52,927 bases of DNA from a bacterium (GTDB lineage Bacteria; Patescibacteriota; Minisyncoccia; UBA6257; GWB1-50-10), in assembly GCA_027310365.1 (NCBI GenBank), contig DAIDAY010000003.1:1-52927 (forward strand), read 5' to 3'. The notes beneath the pieces are model-generated. The model did not search any database. It saw only the letters and a program-made list of their open reading frames with translations, and was not told where the DNA came from. Below, in pieces: positions 42,913 through 52,008 of this stretch (the first letter of the stretch is position 1; the number at the start of each line of letters is the position of its first letter). The translations under genes and the position numbers were made by a program.

Positions 42913-43653
42913 TTAAGCTTGAAATCTACGAAGTTCTCGGTTTCGGTTTTGAGATGTCAGATGTGACCTTTGCACTTGGTTAAATATCTTTTTCAATTCC
43001 GTCTTATTGACGCTTGCCCCGCCGATGAGGACACCGTCGATTTCTTGGCGATCGAGAAAACGAAGAATGTTCTCCCCCTGAACCGATCCTCCATACAGAA
43101 CCCTCGCGCCCGTTATCCCCTTAATAAATTTTGTCATTGCGGCGCTCTCCTCGGGCACGTCCGATTTCCCCGTCCCGATGGCCCATACCGGCTCATAGGC
43201 GACGATCAAGCTGACGTTGCGAGGAACGCTTTTCAGTTGCCGGGCAACGAATTTTTTGGCTTCTTCGACGCCCTTCTTCCTTATCGACCACGGTTCGCCG
43301 ACGCAGAGGATTATTTTCAAACCCGCACGGGCAGCGGCTTCGAGTTTTTTCGCAACCACCTCGTCGGTTTCGCCGAAGTATTTTCTCCTCTCTGAATGAC
43401 CTACGAGAATCCACTCGGCGCCGACGCTCTTCACCATGGAGGCTGAAATTTCCCCCGTGAAAGCTCCCCGCTGTTCCCAAAATATGTTCTGCGCCCCGAG
43501 AGCCGCTTTTGTTGTCTTTTCGGCAATGCTGCCCAAAAAAATCGAAGGGGCAAAAAGCACGACTCCCTTCTTGTCGGAAAGGAGCGCGAGCCGTCGCGCT
43601 TCTTTTTCCGTTGCGGGGTTCAATTTCCAATTGAGAGCGATGATTTTCGCCAT
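42913..43653 (-). CDS. tpiA: Triosephosphate isomerase
   Basis: NWK, GAFTGE.S, GHSERR, AYEPVWAIGTG, LYGGSV, GGAS. Confidence 0.97.
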   Translation of the reverse strand: MAKIIALNWKLNPATEKEARRLALLSDKKGVVLFAPSIFLGSIAEKTTKAALGAQNIFWEQRGAFTGEISASMVKSVGAEWILVGHSERRKYFGETDEVVAKKLEAAARAGLKIILCVGEPWSIRKKGVEEAKKFVARQLKSVPRNVSLIVAYEPVWAIGTGKSDVPEESAAMTKFIKGITGARVLYGGSVQGENILRFLDRQEIDGVLIGGASVNKTELKKIFNQVQRSHLTSQNRNRELRRFQA

Positions 43654-43725
43654 TGAATAAATTTTACCTCCACACCTGGACGAGGGCAACATTCTTTTCC
43701 CGTACATTCTCGTTCCGGTGCGGGG

Positions 43726-44322
43726 TTAGCGCGGATACCGCTTAAACCAAACGTTCAGTTTTACCGCCAGCATATCGATGATGTCCTCCACCCCCGGCAA
43801 GCGCTTCGCGGCGCGGACGCTTTCCGGCGGCAATTCTTTTATCTTCAACCCCAAGAGTTCCGCCAACACGAGGGATTCAAATCTGAACCCCCGGCCATCC
43901 CGGGAAAGAAGACGGAAAATCTTCGCGGATGCCTCCTCGCTGAAACAGAGAAGCCCGCCGCGGGCGGCGACGATATCATAGCCTTCCTTGAAAGAGCGGA
44001 TAATGCCGTTGAATTTTTCGATTGACGCTCCTTCTCCATCCTCAAGAAGGAGGTGGTAGCTTCCCTTTGCTCCCAGCATTCCCGCCTTCACGGCATAGCT
44101 TTTTTTCCTCCCCTCCCGGCCATTCACGATCCTCAGGGAAGGAAGAAAGGCGCCTATTTTCTGAAGCATTTCAGCCGTTCCATCGCCGGAATTGTTATTC
44201 GCCACGACAATTTCAAAAGAACAGCCAAGAGATTTGAGGCGGCGATCGGCGTCGAAAAGCAGAAGCGGCAGCTGCTTGTCCTCGCCGGCAACGGGTATGA
44301 CAATCGATAGGAAGGGTTTCAT
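43726..44322 (-). CDS. Glycosyltransferase family 2 (dolichyl-phosphate glucosyltransferase-like), shortened and degenerate
   Basis: LSIVIP, EIVV.NN.S.DGT, K..AVKAGML.AKG. Confidence 0.75.
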   Translation of the reverse strand: MKPFLSIVIPVAGEDKQLPLLLFDADRRLKSLGCSFEIVVANNNSGDGTAEMLQKIGAFLPSLRIVNGREGRKKSYAVKAGMLGAKGSYHLLLEDGEGASIEKFNGIIRSFKEGYDIVAARGGLLCFSEEASAKIFRLLSRDGRGFRFESLVLAELLGLKIKELPPESVRAAKRLPGVEDIIDMLAVKLNVWFKRYPR

Positions 44323-44437
44323 TCCGTTAGAAGCAGAACACGAACGCACTTGGCGTTTCCGTATTCTCCCCGCTCTGTTTTTCCTGACCTTGTTTTTGGT
44401 ATTATCACCTGAATATGTGTTTGTGGCTTCTCACGAG
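44323..44437. mobile_element. MITE-like element E4 at a start codon
   Basis: AT-tccgttagaagc ... gcttctcacgag; 115 bp, homologous to 50881-50995; right flank is CT. Confidence 0.8.
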
Positions 44438-44446
44438 CTCCATGGG

Positions 44447-46807
44447 TTAGTTCCGGAGGCGGCCGTAAATTTCCATTTCAACTGTTTCGCGCGGCCGTCC
44501 GTACTTTACCGACGAAATTTCCTTGAGTCCCTCGGCGCGCGCATCATCCCCTCTTTCGGCCCGCGGGACGAAAATATTGAAAGGTTTCGCGGTTTCTCCG
44601 TTGATCAGTATTCTCGCATAGGCGTTGAAATTGTCGATATTGACGAGATCGTTCTCCCCGAAAACCGGCTCGAATGTTTTCTGCAGGAATTCGGCATCTT
44701 TGGGGCCCACCCGGAACGAAATGACGGAGCCGACGTTGCCAAAAACGGAATCCCTGATTTTGTCGGAAAGTTGCCCCAAAAACTGGTGGGCGACCGTGAG
44801 ATTCAGCCGATACTTCCTTGCTTCGGAGAGGATGATGGAAATACTGTCGGTCGTGAAGTTTTGGAACTCGTCGATAAAGAGGTAAAAATCGTTCCGTTTC
44901 GCTTCCGGAATGTCGGCGCGCCCCAGGGAAGCCATGAGGATTTTCCCGACAAAAATCATGCCGAGAAGGTTCGCGTTCAAATCCCCTACGCGCCCCTTCG
45001 ACAGATTGACCAGGAGAATCTTTCCCTCATCCATGATTTCCCTGAAATTGAAAGCTGATTTCACCTGACCGACGATCGGACGCATGTAGTCGTTGGCGGT
45101 GAAATTGTTGAATTTCGAGGTTACGTAGGGCGTTATGTTTTGGAGCGCCGCCTCTCCGCCCGCCTTGATTGCTTCTTTTTCCCAGAAATCCTGGATGACC
45201 GGATTGGTGATTCTTCCCAGCTTCTTCCTTCGCCACTCGGTGTCCGAGAAGACTCGCGCAACCTCCATGAGCGTTGCCGGTTCGTTGGGCGCATCTTCCA
45301 TCAAGAGGAGGAGGGCATTTCGCATGTACTGTTCGAACATGGGGCCGCCGGTTGTTTTTAAGTCGTACAATTTGTCGAAAATCTGGAGCATCTCGTTCAC
45401 AATCGACGTTTTTTCCTCCGGTTTCTCGAAATCGTATTCCAACATATTGATGCCGATGGGCATTCTGAGATTCCCCGGATCAAAGAAAATGACGTCTTCG
45501 CGCCGGTTGTCGGGAATGACGCCTAAGACATCCTGGACCAAATCGCCGTGAGGATCGATAACCGCAACGCCCTTTCCTCTTTTGATGTCGCCATTGATGA
45601 TGTCCGCGAGAAAATTCGATTTCCCGGTACCCGTCTGACCGATCGCGTAGAGATGTCTCCGCCGGTCCTCGTCCGTGATTTTCACCTCTTTTTCTTCCCC
45701 CCGGAAACGGCTGAAACCGATGGTAACACCGTTCCGCGGCAGGTTGGGCGGCGGAGCAGCTTCGCGCGATTTCAGATATTTAATCCTCGGGATGTCGGTA
45801 AAAGGCGTCGGGAGATGCATGATGCTCGCGAGCTCGGCGCTCGACAAAACCATTTTCTCGGATGGATTGAATTCGCGGAAAGAGAATTCGCGGAAAAGCC
45901 GCTTCTGATTCCTGGGTTTCACGATTTCAAACTCATTTCTTGTCGGGGCGCCGAACTGCGAAAAACCGGCCGTGAGACTTTGCAGAAGTGAGTCCGTCTG
46001 GGGAAGCGTCGGAGACGAAACAACAATTCTGACGTTAACCTCGAAAAGATTTTTGGCGCCTTTCGCCGAGACAATTTTCAAACTATCCTCATCTACTTTC
46101 CGCTCCGTTTCCTTGATCTCGGGCATGCCTTCATTTGCCGCCTTGATGATATCCGAAGGACGTATCGCAAAAACATCATTCTTCAAGATATCCCTCATTC
46201 TCCAGCCGCTTTTCAAGACTTTCACCGCCGAATCCATTTCCTTTTTTTCCCTCTTGCGTGCCGGCCCGGCCACGATCTGCATGGCGCATCCTTCCCCGAT
46301 TTCTTCGACTTTGGACAAGCTCCCCAAGAACGGCAGGAAGGTATCCGCCTCCGCTTCCTCGTACGTCCGTATCGGCAGGATGAACTTTTCTTTTTCCTTG
46401 ATGTACACTCCTGCTGATACGCCGGCATAGTTGAAAATATTGTAATCGTCGGCTTTCTCCACCGAAGCGTCATGCCAGAACGACTGGACTTGCCGCGCGA
46501 AAACTTCGACGAATTTGCTTTTTACCGAAGCATAAAAGGAAATTTCCTGACCAACGTGCGGCACGGCGACTTCGAACACGAAGGGTTCCTTGAGGGAGGC
46601 GAGCGTCGCGAAAAGCTGTTCGGAGACCTCTACTTCTTTTTTCAAATCTTTGTTTTCTTTCGACGCTCTGGGGATCTTGATTAGAAGGAGAGATGCTTCC
46701 AATTCACCCAAGAGTCTTTGTCGTTTTTTTTTCTTCCAGAAAAAAGAGAACCCCACAGCGGCGAGCGCAAAAAGAATAATTATTGTGAAATTCACTAAGA
46801 CAGACAT
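44447..46807 (-). CDS. TraG/VirD4/HerA-like membrane-anchored P-loop ATPase
   Basis: RRRHLY.IGQTGTGKS, IDPHGD, LFIDEFQNF, SEARKYRL.L.VAHQ. Confidence 0.9.
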   Translation of the reverse strand: MSVLVNFTIIILFALAAVGFSFFWKKKKRQRLLGELEASLLLIKIPRASKENKDLKKEVEVSEQLFATLASLKEPFVFEVAVPHVGQEISFYASVKSKFVEVFARQVQSFWHDASVEKADDYNIFNYAGVSAGVYIKEKEKFILPIRTYEEAEADTFLPFLGSLSKVEEIGEGCAMQIVAGPARKREKKEMDSAVKVLKSGWRMRDILKNDVFAIRPSDIIKAANEGMPEIKETERKVDEDSLKIVSAKGAKNLFEVNVRIVVSSPTLPQTDSLLQSLTAGFSQFGAPTRNEFEIVKPRNQKRLFREFSFREFNPSEKMVLSSAELASIMHLPTPFTDIPRIKYLKSREAAPPPNLPRNGVTIGFSRFRGEEKEVKITDEDRRRHLYAIGQTGTGKSNFLADIINGDIKRGKGVAVIDPHGDLVQDVLGVIPDNRREDVIFFDPGNLRMPIGINMLEYDFEKPEEKTSIVNEMLQIFDKLYDLKTTGGPMFEQYMRNALLLLMEDAPNEPATLMEVARVFSDTEWRRKKLGRITNPVIQDFWEKEAIKAGGEAALQNITPYVTSKFNNFTANDYMRPIVGQVKSAFNFREIMDEGKILLVNLSKGRVGDLNANLLGMIFVGKILMASLGRADIPEAKRNDFYLFIDEFQNFTTDSISIILSEARKYRLNLTVAHQFLGQLSDKIRDSVFGNVGSVISFRVGPKDAEFLQKTFEPVFGENDLVNIDNFNAYARILINGETAKPFNIFVPRAERGDDARAEGLKEISSVKYGRPRETVEMEIYGRLRN

Positions 46808-46891
46808 GAGTGGATAAAAATGACTAATGACTGACTAACCTCATTCGACCTCATCAGTGACCAAGTATGAGACACGAGAGTAAATAAGAAA

Positions 46892-47314
46892 TTATTTAAT
46901 GATCCCCCTCTTTTTCAATTCCGGAATGAGTTTGTCGGTCAACGCGTCGTGAAGGGCGTCTTCGATGAAGGGGGGGTATCTCCTTGATTCCGCAAGCGCC
47001 TTCTCCACATCAAAGTTCAAGGCCACGCTGATAAGGTTTTCAACGATAGTCTTCGTTTGTTCGTCGCTTCCTTCCTCGCCCGACATGTACGACGGCAGGA
47101 AATTATCCAAGGGGTTTGCGGCAGTGCTCGCGAGCTTCCCGCCTTGAGGAGAAACCGGCGCGGGGGGGACCGGCATGTTTTTGATCGCTTCCTTGACCAC
47201 TTTTTCAATCGTCGCTTCCTTCAATTCAGGAGAACGCAAGCTTTTGGCAATCTCAACGCCCAGCCTATTCAAACTGCCCTCCAGCCCTTCGCTGAAATTT
47301 TGCACCTTAACCAT
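46892..47314 (-). CDS. Hypothetical protein
   Basis: 140-aa ORF with TATAAT 7 nt upstream; P...DALHD.L motif. Confidence 0.75.
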   Translation of the reverse strand: MVKVQNFSEGLEGSLNRLGVEIAKSLRSPELKEATIEKVVKEAIKNMPVPPAPVSPQGGKLASTAANPLDNFLPSYMSGEEGSDEQTKTIVENLISVALNFDVEKALAESRRYPPFIEDALHDALTDKLIPELKKRGIIK

Positions 47315-47346
47315 TTTCTTTATTATACATCACTAATAAAATGACA

Positions 47347-47628
47347 GCAGCAACCGTAGCTCCGCTTCCCAAACACGCTATGCCAAACCCCAGCGAGGTT
47401 TGGCCGCTCGCTCTCGGGTTCGCTCGTGGGCGGAGGTACGCTTTCCGTGCGGGCAGTTCTCGGAGGCGAGCAAGCTCGGTTTCCGGAGGAATGGCGAGCC
47501 GAGAGCGCAGGGCGGCAGTGACCGCAGGAGTCACTGAACGCCCGGTGCCGGTAGGAGAGCGGAACTCCTCCCACACCCTGCCCGCTCACCCTGCGAGACG
47601 GTTTGATCAACGGAGCTACGGTTGCTGC
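47347..47628. mobile_element. 282-bp nested element: 18-bp perfect TIR, enclosing family C, enclosing module F
   Basis: gcagcaaccgtagctccg ... cggagctacggttgctgc. Confidence 0.88.
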
Positions 47629-47640
47629 ATACCCTCCCTC

Positions 47641-49110
47641 CTACTGCGTAAGGTTTTGAATTTGTATCGAACCCAAGGGATTCGACGTTGTGATGTTCGT
47701 CGCTGAAGCGTATTGGTTTGAAGGGACGCTGAACACGCCTGTCGTGTTCGTCCCACCCGACCAATCACTCTGGTTGAATGTAAAGTTTGACCATCGCGTA
47801 AAGTAGTCGCTCAAACTAAAGTTCGACGTTTTCCCGGCCGCATCCCACTCCGTAACGGCGGTAACTGCTTGCGTCGAGGGGTCGTTGAAATCGTTGAGAT
47901 TGCTCGTGCAGGGCGGGGTGGTCGACGCATCAAGCGTACCGTTCGTGTTCCGGCAAACATCCCGAACGGAGAAATATCTCCGGAAAACGCTGCCGTTGTA
48001 GAGTTGCTTGATCTCGTCTGCCGAAAGAACTCGATTGTAAATGCGGACATCGTCAAGGTAGTCGGGGGTCGTCGTTGTCCCTCCTATTCCCCCATGAATG
48101 ATGAGATTGACGCCGGTCGGCGTCACGTAATTCCCCGTCGCGGAACCGCCGGTATTGCCGTTGACGTAAATAACCGCAGTGCTGCTCGCATACGTTACTG
48201 CGACTTGCGAAAATGCGTTTATCGATACCGGAAGAGCCGATATCAAACTTAAACTCCCCCCTGACTGGGTGGTCCAGAAGACCGGCTGACCGGAGGTTCT
48301 GAATCCCATTCTGAAACCGGAAACGAGATAGGATTCCCTGCCCACGATGATGTTGCCGTTTTGATCACCGGCTCCCAAAGCAATTGGCTTTACCCAGAAA
48401 ACTATCGAAAAGCTTGAGGAGTCGAACAGGGTATTGCGTCCCACGTTAACGCTCGAGCCAGTGTTGTTGTAACCGCCATTAAAATACAGGCAGTAGCTCT
48501 CTTTGCATGTTGATGCCGACTGCCATGTCGGATTATTTACCAGGCTTCCGTTATTCCCGTTGCCGCTCTCATCATAAGTTATGGTTCCCGTTTCCTCGTC
48601 AAATCCCCACCTTCCTACCAACCCATTTTTGATTTCATTGTCTATGACCCCCTCCTCTCCCGGCGTCGCGATGAAACCCGCGCCGGAAGCGACAAGAAAA
48701 TAAGGATTGATCGTGCTCGTGCTGCGCTGGAGATTGTACACGTTTCCCCAATTGGATGCCGAAAACGTTTTCACTTTATTCAAAAGATCCTGGCTGAATT
48801 GGGTTGCCGTATTGATCGTCTGGACGGTCGAACCGGAACGCAAAATGAATGCAATCGCGATACTCGCCGCACCGATCAAAAGCGCCCCGATCGCGAGCCC
48901 CATCAATACCTCGATCAAGCTCTGTCCGCTTCTTGAACCCATCTCGAAAATGCCCTTGCTACCGCAATCTCTCTGATTCAGTTGTTGCTTCGTTGTTCCT
49001 CCTCGCTGGATATGCCTTGCTGATACAGCTTCGTCATCGTTCCTTGTCTCACTCGCACTAAGAGTGATTTCGTGACGAAAAGCATCTTTTAGATGGGTTC
49101 TCTTCTTCAT
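47641..49110 (-). CDS. Type IV pilin-like protein with LamG/concanavalin-like domain
   Basis: GQSLIEVL plus hydrophobic helix; GLVGRW.FDE..G....D.SGN.N.G; LDDVRIYNR.LS..EI..LY; alternative start 48942. Confidence 0.88.
   Translation of the reverse strand: MKKRTHLKDAFRHEITLSASETRNDDEAVSARHIQRGGTTKQQLNQRDCGSKGIFEMGSRSGQSLIEVLMGLAIGALLIGAASIAIAFILRSGSTVQTINTATQFSQDLLNKVKTFSASNWGNVYNLQRSTSTINPYFLVASGAGFIATPGEEGVIDNEIKNGLVGRWGFDEETGTITYDESGNGNNGSLVNNPTWQSASTCKESYCLYFNGGYNNTGSSVNVGRNTLFDSSSFSIVFWVKPIALGAGDQNGNIIVGRESYLVSGFRMGFRTSGQPVFWTTQSGGSLSLISALPVSINAFSQVAVTYASSTAVIYVNGNTGGSATGNYVTPTGVNLIIHGGIGGTTTTPDYLDDVRIYNRVLSADEIKQLYNGSVFRRYFSVRDVCRNTNGTLDASTTPPCTSNLNDFNDPSTQAVTAVTEWDAAGKTSNFSLSDYFTRWSNFTFNQSDWSGGTNTTGVFSVPSNQYASATNITTSNPLGSIQIQNLTQ
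48934..49101. mobile_element. 168-bp inverted-repeat element inserted in frame in the prepilin leader
   Basis: gaacccatctcgaaaatgc ... gcatcttttagatgggttc. Confidence 0.75.
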
Positions 49111-49131
49111 TGACTTCATTATAGCGAATAA

Positions 49132-49165
49132 CAAAAAGAACCCCCAGAGACAAGCCAGGGGTTTC
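49132..49165 (-). terminator. Probable terminator downstream of tRNA-Tyr
   Basis: gaaacccctgg...ctgggggttc followed by a T tract. Confidence 0.6.
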
Positions 49166-49252
49166 ATATGTGCAGGGAGGAGTTAAACAACAGCGATTTG
49201 CTGTAGAGCGAATCGCTGTTGTAAAACCCCTCGGTCTTACTATTTCGTTTAG

Positions 49253-49335
49253 TGCGTCGGGAAGGACTCGAACCTTCGGTGCCCGATGGGCGGCGGATTT
49301 ACAGTCCGCTGGAATAGCCGCTATCCGACCGACGC
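49253..49335 (-). tRNA. tRNA-Tyr(GTA), CCA not encoded
   Basis: GCGTCGG/CCGACGC acceptor stem, GCGGA-CTGTAAA-TCCGC anticodon arm, long variable arm, GGTTCGAGTCC. Confidence 0.95.
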
Positions 49336-49351
49336 CTCTATAAACACGCAC

Positions 49352-49866
49352 TTACTCAGATTTTGCGGTTTGCAGCAAAAACTTTTCTTTGTACAGCATT
49401 ATAGAATTCTTTATCTCTAAGAGCAACTTTTTATCAGCGTATCTTATATGAATGAGACCGTGCGCCATTTTCCTTCCGTCCGGCAGATAATCTCTTCCCA
49501 TTATACGGCTGAGTGAACTGTTTCCGAATTGACGAGCTCTTTGCTACCCCCCCCGCCCGTTCATTCCCGCCGCAGGTATGGCAGGAATGAACGGATGGCA
49601 TCCCGAATCTCGTATTCCGCTTCCGGGAAGCTCCCGTGTTTGAGGGCGGAGAGCTTCACTCCGGTCACTAATCAGTTTATCGGCATTTTGATCGGAGTAA
49701 CAATGCAGCAATACTCGAAGTCCACCATTATCAAGTTCGTACGTGCCCCCGGAAGTATCTCAGAAACATAGCAGTCGTATCAGGATCGCTGTTGGCAGAA
49801 TTTATCCTCGACCCCTTATCGCTTTTATCGCCTTTTCCCCAATCAAGTATGGCAAAGCACAGAAAA
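49352..49866 (-). pseudogene. Frameshifted, repeat-interrupted gene for a tRNA-adjacent LAGLIDADG-like protein
   Basis: Stitched frames: ILDWGKGDK..ANSDP....FLRYFRG / YELDNGGLRVLLHCYSDQNADKLI / KQFTQPY / RKMAHGLIHIRYADKKLLLEIK; family call is from recall. Confidence 0.55.
49535..49655. repeat. Repeat module B
   Basis: Homologous to 28198-28312, 58 nt identical. Confidence 0.92.
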
Positions 49867-49993
49867 CTTTTCTCAGTGACTTACCTCTCCAGGGGGAAAT
49901 ACAATATTTACTGAGTGAACTATACAAACGTTTCAAAACCCCCGAGTGGGGAGGAGGAAATGAACACAACATCGCTTGTCTGAGTTCCAACCT

Positions 49994-50029
49994 TGCCTCA
50001 AAAATCAGCAGGTGCTGAATTTTGAGGCA
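49994..50029. repeat. Variant of the family A palindrome
   Basis: tgcctcaaaaatcagcaggtgctgaattttgaggca; two compensatory base-pair changes. Confidence 0.85.
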
Positions 50030-50126
50030 GCGATGCTGAGTTCGATATTTCGTGGCTTTATTCCGACGAAGAACGGGGAAGATTTTACGTTTTATATTCT
50101 CGTGAGCGAGGTGGAGATCGTGTTTC

Positions 50127-50438
50127 TTAACTCTCCTTCTTCTCCTCGGTCTCCGGTAACGTCGGCATCCTGCCGCTTTCCTTCCTCAGTTTCCCAAGCT
50201 TAGCCTCGATGAAATTATTGAGTTGCAGAAGCCACACCTTTACCCTCCGCAGAAACCTCTCCGAAAACGACTTCAAGGCGGCATCGCTTTTCTCAACATA
50301 GCCCATGAGGCGGGTGCTCCTTCTCGCCTTCATATCAGCAACTTCCTCGTCGCTGATCCTCGGCAGCGTTTCGGCCATAAGATACACGATGGCGGCCAGC
50401 GCAATCATGATAACGGTTTGGAGAATAAAACGAAGCAT
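50127..50438 (-). CDS. Hypothetical membrane-anchored protein
   Basis: N-terminal TM helix followed by LPR; starts 1 nt after the tsf stop. Confidence 0.8.
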   Translation of the reverse strand: MLRFILQTVIMIALAAIVYLMAETLPRISDEEVADMKARRSTRLMGYVEKSDAALKSFSERFLRRVKVWLLQLNNFIEAKLGKLRKESGRMPTLPETEEKKES

Positions 50439-50439
50439 T

Positions 50440-50880
50440 TTACACCTCGTACCTGATGAACCTTTCCACTTGGATATTTTCCCCCACTTTCGCCATCGTG
50501 CCTTTCACGAGATCGGCAACGCCCATCGACTCGTTCTTGATATACGGTTGCCCTAAGAGTTCCTCTATATTCCCCGGGTTCATTGCCGCGATTTGCATGG
50601 CGAGCTCATGAACGAGGGATTGAAAAGGTTCCGACCGCACCACGAAGTCGGTTTCTGCCCGTACCTCCATCAAAACGCCGACGCGGCCGTTGTGGACATA
50701 GGCATACACCAAACCAGCACCGGTTTTCCGCTCTTTTTTGGACTCGGCTTTCGCAAGGCCTTGTTTCCTGATGATTTCGGTCGCCCCATCGAAGTCGCCC
50801 TTCGCTTCTTCAAGCGCCCGTTTGCATTCCATGACCCCCGCCCCCGTCATTTCCCGTAATTTTATGATGGTATTATCCAT
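50440..50880 (-). CDS. tsf: Elongation factor Ts (short form)
   Basis: LREMTGAG.MECKRAL, ETDFV, AMQIAA, GENIQV.RF. Confidence 0.96.
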   Translation of the reverse strand: MDNTIIKLREMTGAGVMECKRALEEAKGDFDGATEIIRKQGLAKAESKKERKTGAGLVYAYVHNGRVGVLMEVRAETDFVVRSEPFQSLVHELAMQIAAMNPGNIEELLGQPYIKNESMGVADLVKGTMAKVGENIQVERFIRYEV

Positions 50881-50995
50881 CCTGTGAGAAGCAGAACACG
50901 AACGCGCTCGGCGTTTCCGTATTCTCCTTGTTTTGTTTCGGCAGTCTTGTTTTTTTGTATCATTGTTCGATTCCGTGTTTGTGGTTTCTCACGGG
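50881..50995. mobile_element. MITE-like element E5 at the tsf start codon
   Basis: AT-cctgtgagaagc ... gtttctcacggg-AT; TIR 10/12, 115 bp. Confidence 0.85.
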
Positions 50996-50996
50996 A

Positions 50997-51683
50997 TCAA
51001 TTTCCTCTCAACTCCGCCTTGATAGAATTCAAAATCCAATCGATGCTTGCTTTTGCGTGGTCATTTGCCAAGATCGGGTACTGAACCAAATCCGGATTGT
51101 CGTCGGTATCCATGACGGCGATAAGTGGGATGTGCATCTTATTGGCTTCGCGCACGGCAGTTTTGTGGACAACCGAGTCAATGACAAAAACGACGTCGGG
51201 AAGCTTCACGAGATTTTTCAAACCTTCGAAGTTTCTCGAGAGCTTCGAAATTTCCTTCGAAAACTGGACCTGTTCTTTCTTCGTGTATCTCTCAAGTTCT
51301 CCCGTTTCCTTCTTCGCCTTGAGATTTTCGTAGTGGTCCATCCTCTTCTTGATGACGGAGAAGTTAGTTAGCGTCCCGCCGAGCCACCGGAAATCGACGA
51401 AAGGCATTTTGAGTTCTTCCGCCATCGCTCTCATCGATTCTTTGGCTGGAGCTTGGATGCCGACAAACAAAACCAAAGCGCCGGCGCCGAGTTTTTCCTT
51501 CAAGAAGGAAACAGCTTTGTTAAAACTCTGGACGGTCGCCTCCGGATCTAAAAGCTCGACTTCGTTCCTCCGCCCGCCGATGAAATTTTTCATCTTCGGA
51601 TGTGTCTTAGTTTTCTTGTGGCCGTAAAAAATTCCGAACTGGGCCATCTCGATAATTTTGTCTTTGTTTTCAACGCTCAACAT
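50997..51683 (-). CDS. rpsB: 30S ribosomal protein S2
   Basis: GH....HPKM, RWLGGTLTNF, DTD..P...YPI.AND. Confidence 0.97.
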   Translation of the reverse strand: MLSVENKDKIIEMAQFGIFYGHKKTKTHPKMKNFIGGRRNEVELLDPEATVQSFNKAVSFLKEKLGAGALVLFVGIQAPAKESMRAMAEELKMPFVDFRWLGGTLTNFSVIKKRMDHYENLKAKKETGELERYTKKEQVQFSKEISKLSRNFEGLKNLVKLPDVVFVIDSVVHKTAVREANKMHIPLIAVMDTDDNPDLVQYPILANDHAKASIDWILNSIKAELRGN

Positions 51684-51748
51684 AAGTACGTACCATGGTA
51701 CAAAAAATGACTTCAAAAGTCAAAGTACAATTCACTGAATACTTCTTT

Positions 51749-51872
51749 CCTACCGGTGTCGGTTCCTCTTAGCTTCCAGCGAGCGGAGCCAACTTGCGCT
51801 CTCGGCTCAAGACCCCCTTCCAGAGGACCAAGCTCGCTCGTCTCCGAGAGCCGCCGCACGGAAAGAAGTATC
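51749..51872 (-). repeat. Repeat module F
   Basis: Reverse complement matches 47436-47555 (ctttccgtgcgg..ctcggag..agccgagagcgca..ccggtagg). Confidence 0.8.
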
Positions 51873-52008
51873 AACTCGCAACTAATAAGCTGCTGAGGGG
51901 ACGAATTCAGTACTGTTGCAAAGGCTAAGACTTGGGCGTTGCCCCGGAAACAGCCTGAGCAGCGGATACTGGGTGAACACTAGCGCGTTTAGAAGAAAAC
52001 AAGACTTC

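Noticed and set aside
44447-46807. Integrative conjugative element
   Set aside because: No integrase, relaxase or other T4SS genes; the flanks are housekeeping genes.
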